This document shows positions 1-9,652 of a stretch of 64,000 nucleotides of DNA, in pieces. How positions within the stretch are numbered: the stretch's first letter is position 1; every line of letters starts with the position of its first letter. The notes beneath the pieces were generated by a model, which did no database searches, had not been told where the DNA came from, and worked only from the letters and a program-made list of their open reading frames with translations. Position numbers and translations under genes: made by a program. Location: NCBI GenBank assembly GCA_963540065.1, contig CAUTNK010000011.1:16867-80866 (forward strand), in the 5' to 3' direction. The stretch is from an uncultured Bacteroidia bacterium (GTDB taxonomy: Bacteria; Bacteroidota; Bacteroidia; Bacteroidales; CAJPTX01).

Positions 1-41
1 TCGTTCATCTTTCTTCACACAGTCTGCGTACCCGACCTTAC

Positions 42-560
42 TTAAGCTTGCGTAGAATTTGTATTCTTAACAGCCATCATCTCGTCCAGCACACGATCCA
101 AGAAGCGTTCCTGCTCGTTGTCGGTAGCAAGACGTTCGCGGAGGATTCGCTCCGTAGTTTTTACCACCAATACGCGCACCTCGTTACGCAATTCTCTACG
201 CATGGCTTCTTGCTCCAGACGCATATTTTCGCGTGCCTGTGCTGTAATACGCTCTACCTCTTCGCGAGCTTGTTCTCTTGCCTCGTTAAGGAGATTTTCG
301 CGTTGTGCCCTAGCTTCTGCCAAAAAGAGTTCGCGCTCTTTTCTAGCATCGGCTTCCAAAGCTTGTCGCTGCACCGTCCACTCCTCAAGGGCGAGGCGAT
401 GCTTTTCGGCACTCTCGAGCCCCTCGGCAATCGAACGCTCACGACTAGCCAGTCCACCCAAGATAGGCTTCCACGCAAATTTCTTCAGAACAAACAGGAC
501 GAGCCCGAAGGCCAAGAGCATCCAGAAGAAAAGTCCGAAATCTGGGGTAATCAAGCTCAT
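42..560 (-). CDS. atpF: F0F1 ATP synthase subunit b
   Basis: 172-aa ORF. It has one N-terminal TM helix (FGLFFWMLLAFGLVLFVL) followed by a long charged helical region. It lies directly downstream of the c and a subunit genes in the same orientation. Confidence 0.85.
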   Translation of the reverse strand: MSLITPDFGLFFWMLLAFGLVLFVLKKFAWKPILGGLASRERSIAEGLESAEKHRLALEEWTVQRQALEADARKERELFLAEARAQRENLLNEAREQAREEVERITAQARENMRLEQEAMRRELRNEVRVLVVKTTERILRERLATDNEQERFLDRVLDEMMAVKNTNSTQA

Positions 561-573
561 CCCCGTGGTACTC

Positions 574-804
574 CTATGCTAAGAACAATACCAAGACAGC
601 AGCAATGATAGCAAAGAAAGCAAGCCCTTCGATAAGCGCCGCTGCCACAATCATATTCGAACGGATATCGCTAGCTGCTTCGGGTTGGCGCGCGAGCGCA
701 TCCAAAGCTTGTACACCGATACGCCCAATACCCATAGCTGCACCAATTACCACAATACTTGCTGCAAATGCTGCACCCATTTTCGCCAATGCTACAAAAT
801 CCAT
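574..804 (-). CDS. atpE: F0F1 ATP synthase subunit c (proteolipid)
   Basis: 76-aa two-helix hairpin. Helix 1 is Gly/Ala-rich (VIGAAMGIGRIG), the polar loop is ARQPE, and helix 2 carries the conserved carboxylate (AALIEGLAFF). Confidence 0.9.
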   Translation of the reverse strand: MDFVALAKMGAAFAASIVVIGAAMGIGRIGVQALDALARQPEAASDIRSNMIVAAALIEGLAFFAIIAAVLVLFLA

Positions 805-998
805 CTCTAACTCTCTTTATTGATTATTCAGATTTTCAACTCAAAAGCCTCATCGCTGAGGTATTCGTCACATTCAAAAAAAAAACTGCCCTTATCTTCT
901 ACTTCTCTACACTAGTTCAACTAACCCTAAATCGTTTTTGCTTAAACCCTTACCCTCGCAACTTACACTCATACACACTACCCTGCACCAAAGCCGAC

Positions 999-2114
999 CT
1001 AATGCTCATCGTGACCACTGGTTGCCATCCCAAAATACATGGCACTAAGCATGGTAAATACATAGGCTTGAATAAACGAGACCAAAACATCCAAAAGGGT
1101 CATGAAAATCGCAAAGAAGACGGAGAGCGGGCTCATCCCGTAGGCGGCAGCGGGTGCCATAGCTCCAAATAGGAAAATCATACTAAAGAAAACCAACACA
1201 ATCATATGCCCGGAGAGCATATTAGCAAAAAGTCGGATCATCAACACGATCGGCTTCGTAAACATCCCCGCCAGTTCCACAATAGGCATCAGAGGGATAG
1301 GAAATTTAAGGAAAGCCGGAATCCCCGGGGTGTTAAAAATATCTATCCAATAGTGCTTATTCCCACTAAAAGTCGTCACCAAAAAAGTGAAGAGCGCAAG
1401 CACCATCGTTACTGTAATATTGCCAGTAAGATTCGCACCTGCAGGGAATATCGGTATCAACCCGAGTAGATTACTAAAAAGGACAAAGAAGAAAATAGTA
1501 AGCAAAACCGGCATAAAGCGCGGTAGCTTAGACTCGCGGATACTCGGTTTGGCGATATCGTCTCGAACAAATACTACCAGTACCTCTAGTAAATTCTGTA
1601 TCCCTTTCGGTGGTGCTAATGGCTCCTTCTGATAGCGTTTCGCAACGCTTATAAAAACCCACAGCATCAGGGCTAGCACAAAAAGCACCCCGAGGACATT
1701 CTTCTTAATACTAAAATCGAGCGGAGCTTCCAAAACCTCGCCCGTAGCACTCACCTCCTGTATGGAAGTAGGTCCGCCTTTTTCAGGTACCACCAACCGG
1801 AAACCTTGGTAGGATTCATGACCGTGATGAAAGCGACTCGACAAGAAACAAAACCACTCGCCGCGCACTTTACTGTAGAGGATCACCGGCAACGGCACAC
1901 TTACATGCGTATGCCCAATGGTTACAATATGCCATTCGTGACTATCCGAGATATGATCGAAGATCATCTGCACAGGGTCATAGCCCTTCTTCTCGGTATG
2001 CGCTACGGAATCTGCCACAGGCACGGAATCGGGCGTAGCCTCACCCTCCTGTGCGCGCGTCCCCGCAACAGCAAAAGCTCCCAACAGGAATAATAGCAAT
2101 GTTCGTAACACCAC
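999..2114 (-). CDS. atpB: F0F1 ATP synthase subunit a, with N-terminal extension
   Basis: The polytopic C-terminal core carries the a-subunit signature (MIRLFANMLSGHM). An N-terminal extension of about 130 aa begins with a signal-like peptide. The ORF uses a GTG start and sits in operon position upstream of atpE/atpF. Confidence 0.85.
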   Translation of the reverse strand: MVLRTLLLFLLGAFAVAGTRAQEGEATPDSVPVADSVAHTEKKGYDPVQMIFDHISDSHEWHIVTIGHTHVSVPLPVILYSKVRGEWFCFLSSRFHHGHESYQGFRLVVPEKGGPTSIQEVSATGEVLEAPLDFSIKKNVLGVLFVLALMLWVFISVAKRYQKEPLAPPKGIQNLLEVLVVFVRDDIAKPSIRESKLPRFMPVLLTIFFFVLFSNLLGLIPIFPAGANLTGNITVTMVLALFTFLVTTFSGNKHYWIDIFNTPGIPAFLKFPIPLMPIVELAGMFTKPIVLMIRLFANMLSGHMIVLVFFSMIFLFGAMAPAAAYGMSPLSVFFAIFMTLLDVLVSFIQAYVFTMLSAMYFGMATSGHDEH

Positions 2115-2217
2115 TCCGCCCCTCTATTTAGCCACCTGCACAAAGGTAAGCACTTTTTTGATATATGGTAAATATGCTACACAAAAGTACAACACTCAAA
2201 ACACCACCGCACCCTTA

Positions 2218-3321
2218 TTATTCCTCAATGGTTTCGGAATTTCTGTGTGCATGTCGGCACGCCGCCTGCAATTTTAACGATTCGGTATGCACAAGCTCAC
2301 AAAGTTGACGGACATAGTGTGTATCAAGACCGCGTTCTATCCCGTAACGGAGGTGATGCTTAAGGAGTTCGTTCCATCGTTCTTCGTGAAAAGCTTGCAC
2401 GCCGTGTTGTAATTTCCATTCGCCTATTTTGCAAACGACCTCTGCACGTTCGCTAAGCAGATCTAAGATTTTAGCATCTATAGCATCTATTTGTTTTCGA
2501 AAGTTAGCAAGTTGTCCGTTGTCTGTTAGTTCTAAATTTTTCTGAAGGGGTTGTAGTTGATCCAACATTTGAAAAAATGCCGTCGGCGTGAGCTGTTGTC
2601 TCGCATCACTCAGTGCAGTTTCGGGTGTCGGATGAATCTCTACCATAAGTCCGTCCAAGGCATAATCTAGGGCTTGCTGCGCGATATTTGCAACAAACTC
2701 CCGCTTCCCCGCAATGTGACTCGGATCACAAAGGATTCGGAGGTTATTGCCAAACCTAGTTCGTAATTGCAGAGGAATATCCCAGTTCTGGGCGTTTCGA
2801 TACAGACCTTCACGAATGGAAAAAAAACCACGATGTACGGCAATCACTTCGCTTGATGTCTGTGCGGCAATACGTTCGATGGCTCCTATCCAAAGTTCCA
2901 AGTCAGGCGATATCGGGTTTTTCACGAGCACAACTTCTGTATCCACTGGTAATGCGTCTGCAATTTCTTGCACTGCAAAGGGATCGGATGTCGTACGGGC
3001 GCCTATCCAAAAGGCACGGATACCATGCGCAACAGCTTCCCAAACGTGCTCTTTCCGTGCAACTTCAATACAAACGGTAAGCCCCGTAGTTTCTTGGATC
3101 TCACGAAGCCAAGGAAGTGCCGTTGTTCCTAAACCCTCGAATTGTCCTGGACGTGTACGCGGTTTCCAAACCCCTGCCCGAAAATAAGCAACCCTACCAT
3201 CTTGCTGTAAGAGCTTTGCAACCGAAAGCACCTGATCGCGACTCTCTGCCGAACAGGGACCAGCAATCAACAGCCCCAGCGCCTGTTTCAATTGAGACGA
3301 CACCCTTGAAACGTTTAACAC
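2218..3321 (-). CDS. Bifunctional 3-deoxy-7-phosphoheptulonate (DAHP) synthase / chorismate mutase type II
   Basis: The N-terminal TIM-barrel part carries the LIAGPCSAES motif typical of class I-beta DAHP/KDO8P synthases. The C-terminal ~90 aa form a helical chorismate-mutase-like domain (FRKQIDAIDAKILDLLSERAEV). GTG start. Confidence 0.8.
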   Translation of the reverse strand: MLNVSRVSSQLKQALGLLIAGPCSAESRDQVLSVAKLLQQDGRVAYFRAGVWKPRTRPGQFEGLGTTALPWLREIQETTGLTVCIEVARKEHVWEAVAHGIRAFWIGARTTSDPFAVQEIADALPVDTEVVLVKNPISPDLELWIGAIERIAAQTSSEVIAVHRGFFSIREGLYRNAQNWDIPLQLRTRFGNNLRILCDPSHIAGKREFVANIAQQALDYALDGLMVEIHPTPETALSDARQQLTPTAFFQMLDQLQPLQKNLELTDNGQLANFRKQIDAIDAKILDLLSERAEVVCKIGEWKLQHGVQAFHEERWNELLKHHLRYGIERGLDTHYVRQLCELVHTESLKLQAACRHAHRNSETIEE

Positions 3322-3327
3322 CCCACC

Positions 3328-5754
3328 CTACTCCTCCAAAAAACCGTACGCGTACACCTTCGGAACTATCGCCAAACGCAATTGCTCAAGTGCCGATCTT
3401 AGGTCAGAAAGCAACTGATTGTAAGTCGCATCGCTACTCTTCGCATTCATCTTACCCTCCGCATTACGACCCTGAAAATAAGCACGTATGTCGTAGTACG
3501 AGGCATTCGGATTTGCAGCCCCCTGAGCGTGATAGTAACGCCAAAGTTTTTTACCAGCACTAAAAACATCTATAGCCTCGGAAGAAAATACTAAAGGTTC
3601 AGAAGGAATGAAAGATGACTCGCCCAGCAAATTCTTATGCTTCTGTTCCGACTCTACGCTCAACTTCCCCGCCATAAAATCCGTCATAAAGTGACTCTCA
3701 AACTTCTCCTGTGCATCGACCTCCGACTCTGTAAACGGTATGAAGTGATTAACACCGTAAGTAGACTGTATATTATTGGTAAATAGTAAATTAACTAAGC
3801 AATTACTAACAAATTCCATATCGCGCAACCAACCCTTCGTAGGCCACAAAAACTGATCCCGATCATTCAACCAAGTTGCGCGAATCACCTGACGAACTGA
3901 TACATACGCGCAAACCACCAGCAAATTACGGGCACTCACCAAAGTATGACGACCGCCCCGGGTTCGCCTTGCCTCAATATTATCTACAAAAACAGTATTA
4001 AAATGCTGAAAATCATTCCCAACAGAAGCTAAATGCGCTATAGCTTCCTCTTGCGCAATTCCATGAGAATACTTCGCAAGCCACTGACTGATAAAACGTT
4101 TACCATCATAACTACTGCATACCTTACGTCCCAACGATTCGCCTTCCGTACCAAATACCTGAAACGTATGACGCTTAAATTCCTCGCGAACAGACGTATC
4201 CCAAACATAAAAACCGATCGGAAAACGACCACGAACGTTGTCAAACGTATAAGCTGGTATCAGAAAACCACGACACAATTTCGCCTGAAACACGCGACGA
4301 AACTGTTTAAAATTCGGAGCCTGAAGATGCTTCAACGTCGAGAAATGCCCTAAGATACAATTCGGTAACTCTTTGTAAATGCGATAGATAAATTGTGCAA
4401 AAAGCTCCGCACTCGCCTTCCCCAACTCATCCTTGTAACGCTCGTGGATCCCACTCGCATGTACCGAGCGACGACCTTTGCCCAACCTCGCATCCCCCTC
4501 TACGTAAGGAGGATTAATATAAATCACCAGCTTCTTCCGCTTTTCCACATCACAAACAATCGCCCGCAAACCTTCAGGTAGATTGTCGAACGAGTCGTTC
4601 AAAAAATCAAACTGAAAAACGTGCTTATGCAATAAATTTGCGCCATGCTCAATACGGTCGTGCATAACATCCACATCCTGTTTATCCAACGTGGACGCCC
4701 AGATATTATATCTGTTCGTAAGACCATTCAGCAAGTTACCCGTACCAGCAGCGCAATCCCAGATTACATATTCCTCCTGCCAATTTTCGCCCAACTCGTC
4801 TGCTAAATACTGCTGCGAGAGCTCCACCCAACGCTGAGGAGTGAAAAAAGAACCTTTGCGCTCGCGAAGATCCTGAGGTACAAGCAAATCACGACGATTA
4901 ACCAAATAATCCCAAAACTCCTCGCGCGGAGGACGCTTGTAAATGGACCAAAACTGCCTGTGTGCCCTTTGATTATCCTTAAAGTGAACTTCCGCAAAAA
5001 GGAAAAGTCCCGAAATATCGACCTTCCGATCCAACGTGTAGTGGTTATCCTTCAAAAGAACATAGAGCGACTCCCTAATTGTCTGATTCTCTGACGAGAG
5101 CAAATCCGCTAAAAAGAAATCTCCATCTATGATATCGCGCTTTTTCAAGCCTTCCCAATCTACGTCTATGCTCGGCTGCACAAGGGCTAACCAGCGCTGA
5201 TAAATGCTCACGAAGTTGTTCTTGTTGATCTGGATGAGAGACGAACTCTCGCTCAAATGCTGCTTGATAAACTCGCGGAGCTCTGCCTCCTGCGCATCGT
5301 ATCGAAACACATACGCCGAGCGTTCCAAAACATCGCGTACAGCACCGTACAACAGCCCAAATTCGCGCGAAGAAGCGTCAGACGGCGCTACGTTCCAGTT
5401 GAAGTCGTTGAGCGCCAAAAACGGCAATATTTCGCGATACGGAAGGAAGGCGATCTTCTCTGCATCGAATGCTGCTAAAAACGGCGGCGGCAGATAGGTA
5501 TCGAACGTGCGAGCCTTGCCGATAGTAAGAATTAGCTGTACCAGAGGCTTGTAGATATCAGCAACCGTGCCGCGTTTCGCTTCGGCCCACAGCAAAGAAT
5601 TAATAGGAGCAGTTTCGGTTGCATCGCAGCGTGTAAAAGATTGGGTAACACAAAAGTCGATCTTGCCGATAATTGTAGCACAGTCGAATGCGGCAAAGAA
5701 TGCCTCGCCGATACGTGTTTTAAGTTCTTCCTCCGGAATATTGCTATAAACCAT
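3328..5754 (-). CDS. Large gamma-class N6-adenine DNA methyltransferase-like protein (candidate single-chain type IIG R-M enzyme)
   Basis: 808-aa ORF with ordered SAM-MTase motifs: motif X-like GSFFTPQ, motif I VIWDCAAGTGNLL and motif IV IYINPPYVEG. About 300 aa lie N-terminal to these motifs, including a possible D33...E58-A-K60 PD-(D/E)XK pattern. About 370 aa lie C-terminal and could be a target-recognition region. Confidence 0.7.
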   Translation of the reverse strand: MVYSNIPEEELKTRIGEAFFAAFDCATIIGKIDFCVTQSFTRCDATETAPINSLLWAEAKRGTVADIYKPLVQLILTIGKARTFDTYLPPPFLAAFDAEKIAFLPYREILPFLALNDFNWNVAPSDASSREFGLLYGAVRDVLERSAYVFRYDAQEAELREFIKQHLSESSSLIQINKNNFVSIYQRWLALVQPSIDVDWEGLKKRDIIDGDFFLADLLSSENQTIRESLYVLLKDNHYTLDRKVDISGLFLFAEVHFKDNQRAHRQFWSIYKRPPREEFWDYLVNRRDLLVPQDLRERKGSFFTPQRWVELSQQYLADELGENWQEEYVIWDCAAGTGNLLNGLTNRYNIWASTLDKQDVDVMHDRIEHGANLLHKHVFQFDFLNDSFDNLPEGLRAIVCDVEKRKKLVIYINPPYVEGDARLGKGRRSVHASGIHERYKDELGKASAELFAQFIYRIYKELPNCILGHFSTLKHLQAPNFKQFRRVFQAKLCRGFLIPAYTFDNVRGRFPIGFYVWDTSVREEFKRHTFQVFGTEGESLGRKVCSSYDGKRFISQWLAKYSHGIAQEEAIAHLASVGNDFQHFNTVFVDNIEARRTRGGRHTLVSARNLLVVCAYVSVRQVIRATWLNDRDQFLWPTKGWLRDMEFVSNCLVNLLFTNNIQSTYGVNHFIPFTESEVDAQEKFESHFMTDFMAGKLSVESEQKHKNLLGESSFIPSEPLVFSSEAIDVFSAGKKLWRYYHAQGAANPNASYYDIRAYFQGRNAEGKMNAKSSDATYNQLLSDLRSALEQLRLAIVPKVYAYGFLEE

Positions 5755-5787
5755 AGCCTAGGAACAAATCTGCGTCGTGGACAAGAA

Positions 5788-5795
5788 CAAAAATA
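5788..5795 (-). promoter_or_regulatory. Bacteroidota -7 promoter box (TATTTTTG) for the methyltransferase-like gene
   Basis: The minus strand reads TATTTTTG, matching TAnnTTTG. The box ends 33 nt upstream of the ATG at 5754. Confidence 0.45.
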
Positions 5796-5889
5796 ATGAA
5801 TAGCAAACAATTGACATTAGAAATACCGAAGCGTCCAAATGATTTTTAGTAGCTACCTTAACCCTCCGAAACAGGTGCAATACACAGCT

Positions 5890-7146
5890 ATGAGATATGA
5901 TGTAGTGGTAATCGGCGGCGGACCTTCCGGGCTTTTAGCTGCCGCTCGTTCGGCAAGCGAAGGACTACATGTCCTATTGCTAGAACGTATGCCACGCTTA
6001 GGAACCAAGCTACGAATTACGGGCAAGGGGCGTTGCAACATCACCAATATCCGCGACTACACGGAATATCGCGAAGTACTCTATGGCGACATCGAACTTG
6101 CCATGACTGCCCTCAAAGGGTTTCCGCCCAACGAAATCGTAAACTTGCTCAACCGTGAGGGCGTACCTACTATCGTGGAAAGAGGCAATAGGGTCTACCC
6201 ACTATCCGGACGGGCATCGGAGGTAGCAGAAGCGCTAACACGATATGCAACGCGCGCTGGCGTAACAATTACCCCCCACTGCTCGGTACAAAAACTCGTA
6301 CACGACGGGGATGAATGGCTTATACAAACAGAACAAAACACTAGTTTCCGATCGCAAGCTGTAATACTAGCAACCGGCGGGAAAAGCTATCCACGTACCG
6401 GATCCGACGGCACAGGCTACCAACTTGCCCAAAACTTAGGGCACCATATCACCCAACTTTTCCCGTCACTCGTCGGCTTTTACGTCAATATCGATTGGGG
6501 GATTCGCGAACGACTCCTCATCAAAAATGTCGGACTTACACTCTATGCTAAAACCGAGCTCCTTGCACAACTATTGCCCGTAGATATCGAGATTTGCGAC
6601 GATTACTTGGGGGGACCCGGTATACTACGTCTGAGCCGGAAAGGTGTAGAAGCGCTCCTTGCTGGTACTCAACCCCTAATTGCCATCGATTGGAAACCCG
6701 CACTATCGCCCGAAAAGTTAACCGCTCGTATCCGACGCGATCTACAAGCTCGTGGCAACGAACTCATTTCCTCCTTAGCACGTGCTTGGCTTCCGAGTGG
6801 ACTCATCAAACCTGTCCTTCGACGTGCACAAATTAGTCTACGCAATAAGGGGTCAGAACTCGGAGAACAGAAAATCGCACAACTCGTAGGATGCTTGAAG
6901 CATTTCCCACTCAACCTGCTTTCTGCTGAGGATTGGGATCGCGCAGTAGTAACTGCTGGTGGTATTGATACTTCGGAAATAAACCCACTTACCTTGGAAT
7001 CGCGCAAGCACGACTCGCTATACTTCTGTGGCGAGATACTCGATATCGACGCAAATACCGGTGGCTACAACCTGCAACTCGCCTACGCAACGGGATTTAT
7101 GGCAGGTGGAGCGGCGGCACAAAAAATCCGTTCGTCAAGCCACTAA
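5890..7146 (+). CDS. NAD(P)/FAD-dependent oxidoreductase, HI0933/BaiN-like flavoprotein
   Basis: N-terminal Rossmann dinucleotide motif (YDVVVIGGGPSGLLAA) and a C-terminal GG-rich FAD motif (FCGEILDIDANTGGYNLQ). I place the start at the internal ATG at 5890, just before the GxGxxG motif. The ORF track starts at 5839. Confidence 0.75.
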   Translation: MRYDVVVIGGGPSGLLAAARSASEGLHVLLLERMPRLGTKLRITGKGRCNITNIRDYTEYREVLYGDIELAMTALKGFPPNEIVNLLNREGVPTIVERGNRVYPLSGRASEVAEALTRYATRAGVTITPHCSVQKLVHDGDEWLIQTEQNTSFRSQAVILATGGKSYPRTGSDGTGYQLAQNLGHHITQLFPSLVGFYVNIDWGIRERLLIKNVGLTLYAKTELLAQLLPVDIEICDDYLGGPGILRLSRKGVEALLAGTQPLIAIDWKPALSPEKLTARIRRDLQARGNELISSLARAWLPSGLIKPVLRRAQISLRNKGSELGEQKIAQLVGCLKHFPLNLLSAEDWDRAVVTAGGIDTSEINPLTLESRKHDSLYFCGEILDIDANTGGYNLQLAYATGFMAGGAAAQKIRSSSH

Positions 7147-7198
7147 CAAGAAGCTCAGTGCGAATAATCGTTCCAAAGCTCTCCGCTTACATCTGATA

Positions 7199-7237
7199 TA
7201 AAAAAACAGCGACACTCGCACACGCAAGCATCACTGT
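7199..7237 (-). terminator. Intrinsic terminator candidate downstream of the TonB-family gene
   Basis: On the minus strand, ACAGUGA...UCGCUGU forms a 7-bp stem with one G-U pair. It is followed by a run of 7 U. Confidence 0.5.
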
Positions 7238-7287
7238 CAAACTAAAATTTTTTATCCAACCAAATACTTTCTGAAGGGCGGAATACA

Positions 7288-7986
7288 CTAACTCTGTAAG
7301 AAGAAAATTACAGGGATCGTGTATCCGACACGTGCAGGCTTTCCACGTTGCTTCCCTGGCGTCCACTTCGGGCTAGATTTCACAACCCGCATCGCTTCCT
7401 TATCCAAAATAGGATCGACACTGCGTACTACACGTACTTTACCCACCGATCCGTCAGGTTCTACCACAAAGGCAACTTGTACTCTACCTTGGATTCCGAC
7501 CTCGGCTGCTGCTTCTGGATAGCGCGTATTTTCCTTAATATACTGACGAAAAGCCTCGAGTCCACCACCGCGGAACGAAGGCATCTCTTCTACAAAATAA
7601 AAGATTTCTTCCTCGGCAACTTCTTCCTCTTTCACCACCTCCTCGTAGTCGTAAATACCGACAGCCGCATTTTCTTCAAGCTCGGTGTTGAACGGATCGA
7701 AGTCCTCGTCAAGGTTAACATGGCGATCCACTAGGTTAATTTGCGAGATAATCTTCGGAGCTTCCGGTGGTGCCATTTCGGGTTTCTGCTCCTCCTGCTG
7801 GGTCATCGGGATTTCCTCTTGTTCAACAGTAGCAACTTGCTGGTTCGTAATCTCAGTATCGTACTCGTATTTGCTTTTCCAGTTAAAAATAACCAAGCAA
7901 ATGAGCAACGCTATATTCAAGCCTCCTATAAAGAAAATGCTCTTATAATGCTGCAAATTGGCGCGCAAGGTTTTCTTATTTTCCAT
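7288..7986 (-). CDS. Energy transducer TonB-family protein
   Basis: N-terminal membrane anchor, a Glu/Pro-rich linker (QQEEQKPEMAPPEAPK) and a C-terminal TonB domain (GIQGRVQVAFVVEPDGSVGKVRVVRS...PGKQRGKP). Confidence 0.8.
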   Translation of the reverse strand: MENKKTLRANLQHYKSIFFIGGLNIALLICLVIFNWKSKYEYDTEITNQQVATVEQEEIPMTQQEEQKPEMAPPEAPKIISQINLVDRHVNLDEDFDPFNTELEENAAVGIYDYEEVVKEEEVAEEEIFYFVEEMPSFRGGGLEAFRQYIKENTRYPEAAAEVGIQGRVQVAFVVEPDGSVGKVRVVRSVDPILDKEAMRVVKSSPKWTPGKQRGKPARVGYTIPVIFFLQS

Positions 7987-8033
7987 TATTGTACTCTGTG
8001 TGTAGACCGACTACAAACCTCTCAATACCTTTC

Positions 8034-8064
8034 CAAAAGTACACTATTTTTTTTTTGCAACAAA
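8034..8064 (-). promoter_or_regulatory. Canonical Bacteroidota promoter (TTTG-N19-TACTTTTG) for the TonB-family gene
   Basis: The minus strand reads TTTG, then 19 nt, then TACTTTTG. The -7 box ends 47 nt upstream of the ATG at 7986. Confidence 0.6.
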
Positions 8065-8168
8065 ATAACGTTACACCGGTTGCTATAGTACAATTCGTAA
8101 CGATATAGTAGTTATGTGTAAATTTTTGTAAATTGCGATAGAAGTTTTTAACCCTAGGTAAGCAAGCG

Positions 8169-9626
8169 ATGAGCCAACTATCAGACCTTACACCCCAGCC
8201 CCTTTGGAAACTTTTTGATGCTTTAACGAAAATACCTCGCCCTTCCAAGCACGAGGAGCGCATCAGCGAATATTTAGAACATTTCGGCAAGGAACATGGG
8301 CTGGAAACCTACCGAGATGCTGTAGGGAACGTACTCATCCGCAAACCCGCAACACCCGGCATGGAAGACCGTAGGTCGATCATTCTACAAAGCCACATGG
8401 ATATGGTTTGCGAAAAGAATTCGGATACGGAGCACGATTTCATGCAGGATCCCATCCAAACCTACATCGACGGCAACTGGTTAAAAGCCAAAGGAACTAC
8501 CCTCGGCGCCGACGACGGAATCGGTTGTGCTGCACAGTTAGCCGTACTTATAGACCCAGAGGTTGTACACGGACCACTAGAATGCCTCTTTACCGTAGAC
8601 GAAGAAACCGGGCTCACGGGCGCGTTTGCTATTCAGGAAAATTTCTTCCAGAGCGACATACTACTAAACTTAGACTCAGAGGACGAGGGCGAAATCTTCA
8701 TCGGCTGTGCTGGAGGCATAGACACCATTGCGCACTTCACCTATCGAACCGAAAAAGCACCCAACGGCTACCAATTTTACAACATCGCCCTCTCGGGGCT
8801 CGTAGGCGGTCACTCTGGCGACGATATCAACAAAGGACTAGCCAACTCTATCAAACTCCTAGCACGAATTCTCCTACACCTAGAGCGCGAACTACCCATA
8901 GCCCTTGCGACATTCGAAGGAGGGAATCTCCGCAATGCCATACCTCGCGAGGCTTATGCGGTAATTGCCATCCCCATCGAAGAGCACGATAAAATGCTCC
9001 ACTTCGTAGAACGCTTCGGGAATACCCTTGTGCGGGAATACCAGACTACGGAACCCAACATCCAAATTAATGTCGATGTTGTGGAAGCGCTCCCCGTGAT
9101 GGTCAATTACGACAAGCTACGCCTCCTCCACCTCTTGTATACCACACATCACGGCGTTATTGAAATGAGCCGCGATATCCCGAACCTCGTAGAAACCTCA
9201 ACCAACCTAGCCTCGGTCAAGCAAGTAGAAACCGACACCTTGGAAATAGCTACCAGCCAGCGGAGTTCGGCAGATTCGGCACGCGAGTATATTTCCACTG
9301 CTGTAGAAAGCACTTTTTTGTTGGCCGGCTGCACCGTTTTACAAACTGATGGTTATCCGGGTTGGGCTCCCAATACGCAGTCGCCCATTCTACATATTGC
9401 AGAGGAGGTCTACCAGAAACTATTTGGCAATAAACCCGTAGTACGTGCTATTCATGCCGGTTTGGAATGTGGGCTCTTTTTGGAAAAATACCCAAGCTTA
9501 GACATGATCTCGTTCGGACCAACCATCCGCGGTGTACACTCCCCTGACGAGCGCTTAGATATCGCCTCTACGCAAAAGTTCTGGCAATTTCTAGTCGAAA
9601 TCCTACGCAACGCACCCAAAAAGTAA
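8169..9626 (+). CDS. pepD: Aminoacyl-histidine (Xaa-His) dipeptidase, M20 family
   Basis: 485 aa. Typical PepD N-terminus (LWKLFDALTKIPRPSKHEERISEYL) plus the M20 metal-ligand regions (HMDMV, GADDGIG, DSEDEG). Confidence 0.85.
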   Translation: MSQLSDLTPQPLWKLFDALTKIPRPSKHEERISEYLEHFGKEHGLETYRDAVGNVLIRKPATPGMEDRRSIILQSHMDMVCEKNSDTEHDFMQDPIQTYIDGNWLKAKGTTLGADDGIGCAAQLAVLIDPEVVHGPLECLFTVDEETGLTGAFAIQENFFQSDILLNLDSEDEGEIFIGCAGGIDTIAHFTYRTEKAPNGYQFYNIALSGLVGGHSGDDINKGLANSIKLLARILLHLERELPIALATFEGGNLRNAIPREAYAVIAIPIEEHDKMLHFVERFGNTLVREYQTTEPNIQINVDVVEALPVMVNYDKLRLLHLLYTTHHGVIEMSRDIPNLVETSTNLASVKQVETDTLEIATSQRSSADSAREYISTAVESTFLLAGCTVLQTDGYPGWAPNTQSPILHIAEEVYQKLFGNKPVVRAIHAGLECGLFLEKYPSLDMISFGPTIRGVHSPDERLDIASTQKFWQFLVEILRNAPKK

Positions 9627-9652
9627 TTCGCAACAGAAAAATACACCGCAAA

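Noticed and set aside
1-41. The start of the next atp gene (delta subunit), with an ATG at 8..6 on the minus strand.
   Set aside because: Only about 8 nt of the putative gene lie inside the window. It is plausible from operon order but cannot be supported from sequence.
48-608. Plus-strand ORFs of 186 aa and 154 aa overlapping atpF.
   Set aside because: They are antisense or shadow frames of a well-supported conserved gene. Their composition is low-complexity and Arg/Ser-rich, and they have no promoter context.
8408-8992. 194-aa Arg-rich ORF in an alternative frame of pepD.
   Set aside because: The extreme Arg/His/Pro bias is typical of an out-of-frame translation, and pepD itself is strongly supported in frame.
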